The notes under the pieces were generated by a model that saw only the letters and a list, made by a program, of their open reading frames with translations, had not been told where the DNA came from and ran no database searches. From Blepharisma stoltei ATCC 30299 (lineage: Eukaryota; Protista; Ciliophora), in NCBI GenBank assembly GCA_965603825.1, contig CBFDEM010000004.1, positions 434,001 to 498,000 of the forward strand: a stretch of 64,000 bases of DNA, given 5' to 3'. The translations under genes and the position numbers were made by a program. Numbering within the stretch: position 1 is the stretch's first letter; every line of letters begins with the position of its first letter. This document shows, in pieces, positions 49,034-60,189 of this stretch.

Positions 49034-49858
49034 ATGGAAGAGGCAAGAAATTTGACTAAGAAAATTTTAAGATATGAAGAGATGCTTAAAAATAGTGAAG
49101 AGGCACATATAAAACTGGAAAAAGAGCTAAAATCAACTAAAAAGCTCTTAAAAATTGAAAAAGACAACAATATTATACTCAGAAATGAAAACACAAAGAC
49201 AGCAATGAATTTCAAATCGTTAAAAGATTCTTATGTGACTCTAAGTGAAGAAATACAAGCTCTAAAACTGAAGTTAAGGAATAAAAAAAACCAGAGAGAT
49301 CAAGAAAGCATAGAATGAGACCTTAAAGTAGGCAACTTAAAAAAGGAAATCGAAAAAAGAGGTTAGAAATATTTAGATAAATTGTTAGAACAAAAGGACA
49401 TAGAAATTCACCGCCTTAAGCATATCATTGATGAAAAAGAGGAAAGTATTGAAGAAATAAAGAAACAGTTTGCAATTGTTCAGCAAGATCTAAACAATCA
49501 ATTACAAGTTTCAAAGAATTCTGAACTTCAGTTGAAAGATAAACTTGATAAGCTTCAATCTGACTTCTACATGAATCAGCAATCTTTGATTGCTTTCCAG
49601 CACAAATCAAGAGCCTCTGAAGAAACCTTAGAATTGTTTCACAGCATTTTAAAAAACAAAGAAGATGAAATTCATGTGAATAAAGTGTAAAAAATATATA
49701 GAAAAGCAAAAGAGCTCGAGGCCAAAGAAGACCATTTGCAAGAAGCTGTAAGCATGCTGCAAGGGGAGCTTAGACTTATGAAACAGCAAAAAGAAGAAAA
49801 AATCCTTAAAAAGAGAAGAGATTGCATGGAATCGAGATGCTCTGTTAAGACATTTTAA
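49034..49858 (+). CDS. Coiled-coil hypothetical protein (264 aa, two introns)
   Basis: TGA=Trp at 49316; introns 49362-49376 and 49687-49701; TAA 49856-49858. Confidence 0.75.
49362..49376 (+). other. 15-nt intron gttagaaatatttag
   Basis: In-frame TAG; A at -6. Confidence 0.85.
49687..49701 (+). other. 15-nt intron gtaaaaaatatatag
   Basis: In-frame TAA; A at -6. Confidence 0.85.
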
Positions 49859-49907
49859 TTTAAATTATTGTCGAAGTTAAAGCCAGCATAGACTTTTTTA
49901 ATTAAAG

Positions 49908-51398
49908 CTATTCAATTTTATACTTGCACAATGGGCATACATTACTCCGATTAAGCCACTGGTCAATGCAAAAATCGTGGTAAAAATGACTGCATGGCAA
50001 AGTTTTGATTTTATCTCCAGGCTCATACTCACAGTAGCACACTGTGCATCTATCCAGCCCTTCTTCGTTCTGCCTAATTTCTCTAATAGGAAAAGTTTCA
50101 ACTAAATCTCTTGGGGCAGCTCTTACACGATGAGAATTTATCGTTTCAATGCTTTGTTCCAGTTCAGCAAGTGCCACGTCCATGTCAATTAGTCCAGAAT
50201 TCAGCCATACACGACTGCTTTCTAGCACGTAAGCTAAATTAGGATTCCTCGCACGTAAAGAACAGTCAAAAATAATATGTGTGTTATCCATGATCAGTCC
50301 TTTTTGAGGAAAGCAAGAAGCAATAATAAAATCCAGCCCGTTTATGGATAAAACTTGCCCTTGACATACGAGCCGCTTCATTCCTTGGAAATAAGGGATT
50401 ACATAGCAATTAACTAATTCATAAATAATAGCATTTCTGGCCATTCTGTGATACTGAATAGGCAAATCTTCAATGTAGCATGAAAAGGATACACTTTGAA
50501 GATGTACGAGAGGCTCCCCTTCCAAGAAAAATTGCGTCTCTCCTCCGACAAGTCCATTCATAGGCTCACTGGCAGTGACCACATATTCCATGTTATTCAA
50601 GTAAAGATATTGGTTTGTATGCAAATGCCTTTGGCTACTATTAAAGTAATTTCGAAAAACATTTGAAAATATCGTTGGGTTTATCTGCGAAGGATAGATA
50701 GGCAAAATCTGTATTTTTTGAACTGGATTTTCGGTCAATATGTCATAGCAGTTTATTACTGTATTTTGAGTAATTAGTCCAAAGTTAGAGCGGCAGCCCA
50801 AAACTTTGAATTTCACGTTTTCACATTTAAAATAATCCCCGACTCCTAAACATCGTAAACGGGATAAAAAATAAGGAGCCAAAAACTGAATAAAAATACT
50901 CTTGAAGTTTACTCTGCCACCTGATAATAAAGTTAATGGAAGATTTTCTCGAAATATTCCTAAAGTAATTGACTGCAGCTCAGGAAATCTTGTATTAGGA
51001 GGTAGAGTATTGTTGCATATTGCAAAGACGTCTTGAAAACCGTCAGAAATGAGAGTAGGCAGCTCTGAAATGGTATCATTTTCATCCCTCATAATAAATT
51101 TCCCACATCTGCATATAACTTTCTTACACAATCCGCCGTCATAACACTGATTTGAGCATTTAGGACAAGGGAAATACAGCCTTGTAGCTGGGGGAGGATT
51201 CTTTATTATCCCACTGAAAGAGTTTGATTGAATAAATCTCGTTTCTCGAACTTTCCCAAAGCCATAATCATTTCAATTTCCGCTTGCTAAAGGGTTGTAT
51301 CCGCCCAAGGTCATTAATACTGGGGGATGACTAATTTGAGAATTTCGAATGAATTGCCCAGAAATCGGTCTAGTTGGAAGAGGCTGAGCATCAAACAT
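49908..51398 (-). CDS. RING-H2 E3 ligase with three Cdc48/p97 Nc-subdomain-like repeats (496 aa)
   Basis: ATG 51398 reached through one TGA=Trp. C-terminal CTVCYCEY...LPCSHFYHDFCIDQWL...CPLC; internal PYF...FKV...T.I repeats. Confidence 0.85.
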
Positions 51399-51864
51399 TT
51401 TTATTAAATTTTATCAACATTTTATTAAATATAAATAAGTTAATTCAATCTTTTTACAATCAACAATGATTTCAACAATTGGCCTTATTTTCGAAATAAT
51501 TTATTTTTCAGCATAATAATGAAGCTCTATATAATTTTTTTATTTTTATTTTTCGATTAAGTCTTGATTATTTTTTAACAGATAGAAAATTTTTTATGGA
51601 AACATTTCTATATTTTTCGTTTGAGCAACTTCATAAGCCAAAAAAGTCTGTTATTTTTTACAAACCAAGCACAGAAATTATCAGCTATTTATCTTGAAAA
51701 GTCGCAAGCAAGGCATCCAAATTATTTATAACCAGCAGTTGAGTGGTTCTATCTTATAAGTGTATTTATTTTCTAGCTTCCAAGTGCATTCTAAATTTAA
51801 TTTATTTTTCTCATCTTCATTTTTATTCGTATTATCCGTTTTCAACGATGTCATCTCATATAAT

Positions 51865-52917
51865 ATGTCACGAGTTGTTATTCAAGAGTCATATGGGCCT
51901 GTTTGCAAACTGCTTCTAAACCGACCGAAAAACTTGAACGCTTTAAACTTTGAATTAGCACAAGCTTTAGATCATGATATTACTATCGCTGAAAAAAATT
52001 CTCAAAAAATTATATTGGCATCTACAAGCGAGAGAGCTTTTCAAGCTGGCGCTGATTTATATCGTTTATTATCAACCTGTCACGATATTCCTAATTGGGT
52101 AGGATTCTCTTATAATGTAATAAAACGACTTTACAAGCACCCTTTTGAAACTCTTAGTGTATGGCAAGGACATATAATAGGCTATGGAGTAGGAGTTGGA
52201 ATGGCTTGCAAATATTCCTTAGCATTGCCAAGCACTCTATGATGCATGCCGGAACATCACATAGGTGTAGTGCCTGATGCTGGCTGCTCCCACTTGCTAT
52301 CTCATCTACAAGATGAAGCTTATGGGCTTTACTTGTTTCTTACGAGTCGCAGAATATCTGGGATTGACTGTTACTATTCAGGGATCTGCACACATTATAC
52401 ACGACCAGAAAACTTGCCACATATTTTTAGCGAGATCGAAGGAAACCAAGATTCCGTTAAAAATATTTTAAATAAATATAAATATGAGCCGGAAAAAGAA
52501 CTAAGTAGGTACTTGAAGCATAAAGATGAAATTAAAGAAGCATTCACCAATCCAAGCTCTATTGAAGAAATCTTAGAGAAGTTAGAAAATAACAACACAG
52601 AATTCAGCAGAGAGACTTCTAAAGAAATAAGGTATTTGTGTCCTTTGAGTGTGAGGATGGCTTTAGAGCATTTTAAATCTGGGAAGCAAAGAACGTTTCT
52701 TGAGTCTTTGGATTCAGATTTTTTGCTTGACTGCAATCTTATGACATATAAAAATCAAAATTTTATCATTGGAGTTACGACCAAAATGATCGAAAAAAGC
52801 AATGCAAGACCTAATTGGGTTCCGAATTCCCTTTCTGAGGTGACATATGATATGGTCTATGACCATTTAAGAATTGACAAAAAACCAGAACTAAACTTTA
52901 CAGCTCAACAATCATAG
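51865..52917 (+). CDS. HIBCH: 3-hydroxyisobutyryl-CoA hydrolase-like (crotonase fold)
   Basis: LNRPKNLNAL, AFQAGAD, GYGVG, (W=TGA 52240)CMPEHHIGVVPDAG, PLSV, PNWVPNSLSEV. Confidence 0.85.
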
Positions 52918-53097
52918 ATTAAGATAAGTATTGAATATGTATTTCAGCAATAAATTCTCGCTTTAATTTGAATTTAAATTTCATTAATAAATTAGTGCTG
53001 ATGTGCTATGATTTCTTAATAAAAATCGATTAAGATTTACTGCAAGCTCAACATTTGGTTCGAAAATTTTAAAATCTATTATTATTTATAATACCAT

Positions 53098-53937
53098 CTA
53101 ATACGTAAACGTTGCTTCAGGGAGCTCACTAATAAATCTTGTTTTAGTATCTTCATCTATATGATTCCCACTCAAATTTACTGTTATTTTTTTACCTTTC
53201 AAAGCATCAATAATCTCATTCTGACTCTCATTTGTAATGAAATTAAAAGCAAGTCCTAAAACTTCAAGATTTTCCATTTCCTTCAAATTCCCAGCGAAAT
53301 CAGCAAGGCCTTTATTTTGAATATCATTTTCATCCAACCCCAGTTTTTTGAGTCCTTTGACATTTTTTAAAGCTTTTCCTATAAATGCAACGCCTTCAGG
53401 GCCAATTGCATTTATATGAAGCCACAGCTCTTCAAGTGAGTTCATCTCGTATAAAGCTTGAGCTAAGTAGCAACACCCTTCAGTCTTAATTGCATTGTCT
53501 TCTAGCGAAAGAATCATGAGATTCTTGAGCAAAGGCAAAGCAGGAGCCAAAAGTTTTATTCCAGCAGCCCCAAGCTGAGTTTTCCAAAGCTTTAAGATTT
53601 TGACTTTTCCAGCAAATGGTAATAAGTGGCATAAATGCTGAGCTCCGGTGATTCCCAAATTTGAAAAACTCAGGTTAATTTGATCAACGTTGAGCTTCTG
53701 CTCATAAATTGCCTTTGTATAAAGGCCGATCAACTTTCGATTCATTTCGCATTCTTTAGTGTCAAAAATTTTTTGAAGTGGGTGAACTTGATACTCGTGA
53801 GTTTCTGCGTTTTGGCTTGATGTATTTTTTGCTAAACGGTCAAGAGCCGCCTCTACTTCTGACTTAGGAGGGGCAGAAGAATTATTTTGTACTTTCTTTT
53901 CCTTCGGACGTGATATATTTGTGCAGCCAGCACCCAT
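53098..53937 (-). CDS. Leucine-rich repeat (RNI-like) protein with MGAGC acylation motif
   Basis: LSLEDNAIKTEG, LWLHINAIGPEG, LGLDENDIQNKG repeats. Confidence 0.85.
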   Translation of the reverse strand: MGAGCTNISRPKEKKVQNNSSAPPKSEVEAALDRLAKNTSSQNAETHEYQVHPLQKIFDTKECEMNRKLIGLYTKAIYEQKLNVDQINLSFSNLGITGAQHLCHLLPFAGKVKILKLWKTQLGAAGIKLLAPALPLLKNLMILSLEDNAIKTEGCCYLAQALYEMNSLEELWLHINAIGPEGVAFIGKALKNVKGLKKLGLDENDIQNKGLADFAGNLKEMENLEVLGLAFNFITNESQNEIIDALKGKKITVNLSGNHIDEDTKTRFISELPEATFTY

Positions 53938-54207
53938 GATATTAATAATTATAAAAAAATTGAATAATGATGATGAGGTATAATATCATTTCACTAGTCA
54001 GTAAATATTATGTAAGCTATAGAAATAAGCCATATAAAATTTAGAATTAAAAAATGTAAATTCTAGAGTCATTTCTGCAATTTCAATACTGCAAATTCGT
54101 CTCTGCATAGCAAGCAGTCTTCTTATTATGATTACTCAATTATATTATTTCTAAGCAAAAATGCTTAAATTAAAAGATAACTCAATAAGTGCATTAATTT
54201 TAACTAT

Positions 54208-55845
54208 TTAACCTTCTCCATAAACTACTCTGTCAATTTTTTCTTTATTCTCTATAGAAATTGGCTCTCGACATCTGATACAGACTGGGCTACGGAGGTT
54301 CAAGCAATCTAAACAATGTAAGTGGCCTTTTGAGCATACGGATGTCAAGGAGTTTCCAATTGTAAAAAGGATTTTATTGCACCCATCACAGTATCCTTGG
54401 TCCGGCAAAGCCTCATGCAGAAAGTCGAACTTGCTCCCACACTTGCTGCACTGCTTTATCCCTCGCCTTATTTCAATTCCAATGCATTCTTTGCATAGAT
54501 GATGACATCTAAGCCCATCGAAAAACTGATAAGGGTGCTTATAAAATCCACAGCCCTTGCATAAAATAGCGCTTCCTTCACTTGCAAATTTGGTTAAAGT
54601 TTCATTTATGACATCATAGTTTGCAGCGACAACGTCAATCTTATTTAATTGGTATTTGCATTTAGAGCACTTTGGCCTATAAATATTAATTTCTCGATCA
54701 ACAATGAATCTTTTGGCATCCGACTGAGAACTTATCACTTTTTGAGCGCAGTCAAAGCAAAATTGATGGCAGCACCCAAAAGCCATTTGGTAAGGCTTTA
54801 ACTTGCACTCCACACATAGCACTTGCTTTTTCAAAGATTGTAGAGAATTCTTTAGCTTTCCAGAAGATGATTCAATTGCAGCATCGAGATTTTGGGAAAG
54901 GGTGCTAGGAGCCGTTGGGTCAAGGGATACAAAATTCACATATGGTATAACAAGATCCAAGAACTCTGAAAAACCGTTCAAAAATTCACTTTCTTTAGGG
55001 CCAAAGACAGGTGGAGGTACTTGTGAAGGGTCTCCAGGAGTTTTTGCATCTATTCCAGACGTTTTTGTTGGGCTAAGATTTTCGGGAGATGAACTTTCTT
55101 TGTTTGGAGGCCTTCTGGAAATAGGATTTTCAAGGTTAGGAGGCTTGATAAATGAAGGAGGAGCCGTGGTAGGACCTCCAGGTGGAAGATTGGGTAAGTT
55201 TTGAGGATTTTGGGGTAAGTTGAAAGGTGGTGGGTTGGTAGGAATTGCTATTTTAGGATTAGCAATCAGCTCAGATTTTGGAGTAATTTGTTGGGGATTA
55301 CTCTTGGGAGGCTGAAAGGTAGGATTGTTCTTTGTAGAAGGAGGTGCAGACTGAAGCCTAGAAATATTGTTTGGGGGAATTATAGGAATTTTCATCTCAG
55401 GCGGATCAGGAAGAATTGCTGATTGGTCAATTATGGGGATTCTTGAGTCGGAATTCGGAGGAAGCTGCACTTTTGGGATATCATTGCTTGGAAATGCACT
55501 GACACGCTTAAATTCAGAAGCATTTATTGGGTTATTTGGAAGCTTGCGTTCTGGTGAAGGAGAAGCATTGTGCTGAAAGTTTTCGAATGATGACTGAGTC
55601 ATGCTTGGAGGGGCTGTAAAAGGAGGGTTTTGGAATACTGGACGCTTTGATAAGCCCGCATCGCTATTAGCATTAGGCATTGGCTGCCTACTACCTAAGT
55701 AAGATGGTAGCTGGCCTTTCTCATACGACTCTGTGGTGCTTTCAGATTGTTCTTCTTGCTTAGCATTTTTCTTAGGATCAGCTGTTGCTGGTTGAGAAAG
55801 CGTTGATTTGTTTTTTTCTCTCCTTTTAAGTTTTTTGGTAATCAT
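54208..55845 (-). CDS. Pro-rich protein with C-terminal tandem RING-like zinc fingers
   Basis: CVEC..CCHQFCFDC..CSKC; CKGC..CHHLCKEC..CSKC; CDGC..HLHCLDC..CIRC. Confidence 0.8.
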   Translation of the reverse strand: MITKKLKRREKNKSTLSQPATADPKKNAKQEEQSESTTESYEKGQLPSYLGSRQPMPNANSDAGLSKRPVFQNPPFTAPPSMTQSSFENFQHNASPSPERKLPNNPINASEFKRVSAFPSNDIPKVQLPPNSDSRIPIIDQSAILPDPPEMKIPIIPPNNISRLQSAPPSTKNNPTFQPPKSNPQQITPKSELIANPKIAIPTNPPPFNLPQNPQNLPNLPPGGPTTAPPSFIKPPNLENPISRRPPNKESSSPENLSPTKTSGIDAKTPGDPSQVPPPVFGPKESEFLNGFSEFLDLVIPYVNFVSLDPTAPSTLSQNLDAAIESSSGKLKNSLQSLKKQVLCVECKLKPYQMAFGCCHQFCFDCAQKVISSQSDAKRFIVDREINIYRPKCSKCKYQLNKIDVVAANYDVINETLTKFASEGSAILCKGCGFYKHPYQFFDGLRCHHLCKECIGIEIRRGIKQCSKCGSKFDFLHEALPDQGYCDGCNKILFTIGNSLTSVCSKGHLHCLDCLNLRSPVCIRCREPISIENKEKIDRVVYGEG

Positions 55846-56117
55846 ATTTTATAGAAAGACAAATAAAGTAAATTTATTTATTTAGTTTCATTATTTTCTT
55901 CAATGTAATAGTGCTAATTTTTGAGATAACTTGCCTCTTTGCAGACTTAGCGCGAACTGATCGCGCACTGTATTACATTAATCATATGAAGCTATAAATA
56001 GCTCGGAATAAATAAAGTCTATATAAATAGTTTTAAACTTAAAATGCAGACACTAAATAACTGTTTGAGTTATTTATTTGAAATTTCATTGCCTTCTTTA
56101 TAATTTTAGCTATTAAC

Positions 56118-56880
56118 ATGAGAGCAACCCAAGAGCTTTCAGGGCTTTCTCTCACCTATAAAGCTTCGCAAGGTTTGTATGCAAATCTTCAAAAATTATA
56201 GACAGTTGGCAAGCAATCCATAGAGAATCAAAAGCAGCAGAGGCAATTATCGAATTCATAGAAAATCGAGACATGAAAGAAGCGCCCCTCGTCGAGGCTC
56301 AAGATAAAGGAACTATACAGCCCAAGAGAAAAATGAAAGGATTGAAGCAATGATCTAGAAGCAAAAAAAGTCAAGAAGATTGAGAAATTTGAATTTGAGA
56401 TAATTTGCCTTGAAGTGGAGTGCATATGATTTTTAAGTGGGAGCAGCTTACAAAAGCAAGCAGAATGGCTTGGATAAAATGCTTGATGGCCTATTAGATG
56501 ATGCTTTATTGTCAAAAGAACTTGAATGACTTAAACCAGCTTTCGAAAGCAAGCCACCTAAATAAAATAAGAGACGAAGTTAAGACATTAATCAGGCTTA
56601 TTCGAGCTAGAAAAATGCAGGCAAGCCACAATCTAATGCTTCCTGAAATTTTCTTATAGACCAACTCATCAAATCTCTTTCATGCAGGCACCAGAAATAG
56701 AAATCCTTGTCAGCGAAAAAAGATCATTGGCAATGCAAACTGGAGAGGAAAGAGAAAAGCATATCATTGGTGCTATTGAGAAATTATGGACAGGCGAAGA
56801 AATTTTAAGACAAGTTTGCAAAGAAAGGGAACGAAGAGAAAGAGCAAATGTGAAAACTGTCTATCACGATTATATAAATT
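56118..56880 (+). pseudogene. Possible decayed coding remnant, unidentified
   Basis: Purine-rich, coding-like composition, but TAA/TAG in all frames with no micro-intron rescue. Confidence 0.3.
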
Positions 56881-56905
56881 TGAGTATAATATTAAAATAT
56901 ATGAG

Positions 56906-58405
56906 TTATTTATTGAATGCATCATTCCATAGATTTTCTCGCTCACAGGCAATCAGTGCACTCTTAATTGTCTGTTTCGCTAGATCTGGATTGCTAAAAG
57001 GACCGCAAAGTCTGTAATGAGCTGGAATCAAGGGCCCATTTCACAACGCTGAATACAATGGATCGCTTTCTTCAAGATTTGGCAATGCTCCAATTTCTTT
57101 AGCTATACTATCAGCAAAACTCACATAATCTGGGTGAGGAAATTGAGGAGTAGGCCTCTTGTTTTTTATTTCAATTTCTTCTTGTATCCCTTTTTGCAAA
57201 GCTTCCTCATCGATTGGTGAGAGCATCCCTGCAAATACCATTACTGCCCATCTACTTTGAAGTTCCATAATGGCAAAATAAGACCCACGGTACACTCCAG
57301 CAAACGCTATAGTTGGATCATAAGTAGAAAAAGTGCTTTTATACAGCAAAATTGGCTGAAGTAGATTTTTTGGGTTATATCCGATATTATCTGCTATGCT
57401 AGAATATAAAAAATCAAGATTCGGCTCAAATCCTGTGCAAAAAACGACTGCATCACAATTAATACGCTTTATTTCGTCACGTTCATTAATTATTATTCCT
57501 TGCTCATCAAATTCCAAGATTTCTGCTTTATGAATAAATATCTTCCCGCTCTCTATATCTGCGATATAGCTATCACTTATTATTAAATATGATTCAGCTT
57601 CGCTATTTGGATCTATATAAAGATCTGGACAAATCTTTCCTTGTTTCTCTAAAATTCCGCTGAAATATTGATTTCTTGCTCTGTTATTGATTTTTGCTTC
57701 TCTCGTTTTTTTAAAAGCACTAGCAGCTCTTGAGTAAAAGCATAAATCAACTGGTATATTATTAGGCGGAAAATATCTTGGAGCAACCCATAAAGGATAC
57801 TTTATTATGTTATGCACCTCTCCTGCTACTTTAGAAATGTCACTAGCAATTTCAGCTCCACTAAAAGACCCTCCAACTACCACAACTTTTTTGCCAGATA
57901 ATTCATAATTTCTCCAATAATCATGACTGTGACTCACACTGTGATATATAGAAAATTTTTCAATTCCTTTGATATCTGGATAATGAGGTTTGGAGAATAT
58001 CCCAGTGGCTATGATAACAAAGTCAAACTCCGCTGATTCATGCTCTGTGACTACAGTCCATTTATCTCGGCGTTTATATAGATTTTTAACCTCTCTGTTG
58101 TAAAGAATATAAGAATGAAGATTAAAATGATCTGCATAGCGGAGGAGATATGAAAGCAATTCTTCTTGGTTGGGAAACATAGGAGAGTTATCATCCCAAG
58201 GAAAATCAGAAAATGAGCAAGAAAATTTTGAAAGATTTGTTAACATTTTGTCTCAGATTCCTTGGTGGCCTTTTCAGAGACCGCCTAAATGTGAAGCTTT
58301 TTCGAAAACAGTCGGAGAAAGACCTACCTCTAAAGTAGATTTGCATGCTGCCAATCCACTGGGGCCTGCACCGATGATTGCAACAGAATTATGAGTTATT
58401 TCCAT
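56906..58405 (-). CDS. Flavin-containing monooxygenase (499 aa)
   Basis: [14 protein letters not shown](W=TGA), [32 protein letters not shown]. Confidence 0.92.
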
Positions 58406-58602
58406 TTTTATATTCATATGATTTCTTCTTTTATCAGGAAATAATTTTTAAGTGGGTTATATTTTTGCTTTAGAAAGTATAAAAATTAAACTATTTATGC
58501 CAAGTTTCTTGGTTTTAGCGGCTACTAAAATACTTTAAGAAATAAGCAACATCTATCCTTCTGCTAGATTAAATTCTTCATTTAGATAATAATTCACCAA
58601 TT

Positions 58603-59280
58603 ATGTCAGCCAGGTCTCAGTCGCCTGTTATCCTCTACATGGACTATTTTTCACAGCCATCTCGAGCAGTCCTTTCATTCTGCTTGATCGCCAATATTCC
58701 GCACGAAGTCAGAGAAATCAGAATTATGAGGGGTGACCATCTAAGCGAAGAGTTCAGCAGAATCAACCCAATAAAAACAATCCCCACTATTGTTCACAAC
58801 AATATAACTATCTGCGAGTCTCATGCAATTTTAGCATATTTAGCGACTGTTTTTCATGCAGAAGACCACTGGTATCCTTCAGATCCAGCTCAAAGAGCTT
58901 ATGTTGACCAATATCTTCATTGACATCATCAAAACATCAGATTTGGATGCGGGTATTATGTATTTTTCAGGATCTACGGAATTAAATTGAAAGTTGTAAA
59001 AAGTTCAGTTGACATTGACGAAATGATTTTGGAAAGGCAGAAAAAGGCATTAGCATTTGTAAACGAAACACTTTCGGCTTTCCCCTTTATTGCAAAAACA
59101 TATTCACCAACTATTGCAGATTTATCGTGCTACTGCGAGTTTTCTCAAATGGAGATACTTAACTTTGATTTCAGTGAATATCCAAATATCATAAATTGGA
59201 TGAGGGTAATAGGAGAAATCCAGGGAGTTAAAGAAGCGCATAGAGTTTGGAATAAGTTTTTACCAAGAATGAAAATGTAA
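58603..59280 (+). CDS. Glutathione S-transferase theta (225 aa)
   Basis: SQPSRAV, INPIKTIP, ESHAILAYL, QYLH(W=TGA)HH, PTIADLSCYCE. Confidence 0.92.
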
Positions 59281-59482
59281 GCAAGGATATTAAATTGGCA
59301 ATTAATTTTAATTAACTTATTTTATAAAGATCTTTTCTTTGATTTCATTTTAAAATCACATTTTTTAACCTAAAAGGCTTAATGAAAAATATGAATAAAG
59401 AAATTTGTTATCTTAATGAAAATGCGTTATTGGCAATCTAAATTCTTTTACAATATAGCTGCATATGCTCTGCTTAACTCTA

Positions 59483-59701
59483 AGAAGGCTTTTGGAACTT
59501 AAACCTGAAAATACTAAAGTCCAGCAAATTAGCAAATAAAATGCATATTGATAAGCAGAAAATTTACTAATACTAATTGAAATCTATAATTCCAACTCTT
59601 AACTGAAATGGGGTATTCTAAATGAATATTTTGAAGAAAACCATTAGATGAATTGCATTTTACTGTAAAAACAGATAGATTATATTTACCTCTAATTAAG
59701 C
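59483..59701 (+). repeat. Non-coding direct repeat, copy 1 (~220 bp)
   Basis: Collinear with 63771-63997; shares aaacctgaaaatacta, attgaaatctataattccaac, tattctaaatgaatattttgaagaaaa and tatatttacctctaattaagc. Confidence 0.9.
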
Positions 59702-60189
59702 AACATTATTGTCTATTTTTCATACACTTTATGTTGCTTAGAATATGTCTTATTAGCATAATTATGTGCATTATAATATAAAAAATAATTTTCAGCATAT
59801 TTGTTGATCATAAAGATTGCTAATAACTCTAGCTTTCTTAATTTTAAATTTGATCTCAACTTATTTTTTTGGATTCACAAGTAATTCCCTCACTATTGAA
59901 TAAATAAAATGGCTCCGTCGTTTGATTCTCTTTCAATTTATATTTACCATGCTAAAGGTAGATAATATGATTAAATTGACTTACAATACCCCATAGTTTT
60001 TTTATTTATGTACAATAGATCAGGACTATCAAATATCATATTTAAATAATCTTCCAAAACAATATTTACAGCTAAAAGGAAAAATTAAAAATTAAAATTA
60101 GGTACTTTCAACAGATGCATAATTAATTTTATTGCAATAAAAAATATGATTAAATTTAATGCTAGATGGATTCTTTTTTATTAATTAAT

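Noticed and set aside
51760-51864. GTG/TTG starts and N-terminal extensions proposed by the ORF track (also 23381-23473, 28477-28500, 60166-60189)
   Set aside because: These are AT-rich UTR-like sequences; downstream ATGs fit homology or signal peptides better.
55949-55970. GC-rich cgcgaactg/cgcgcactg doublet
   Set aside because: Too short, with no recognisable RNA structure or known motif.
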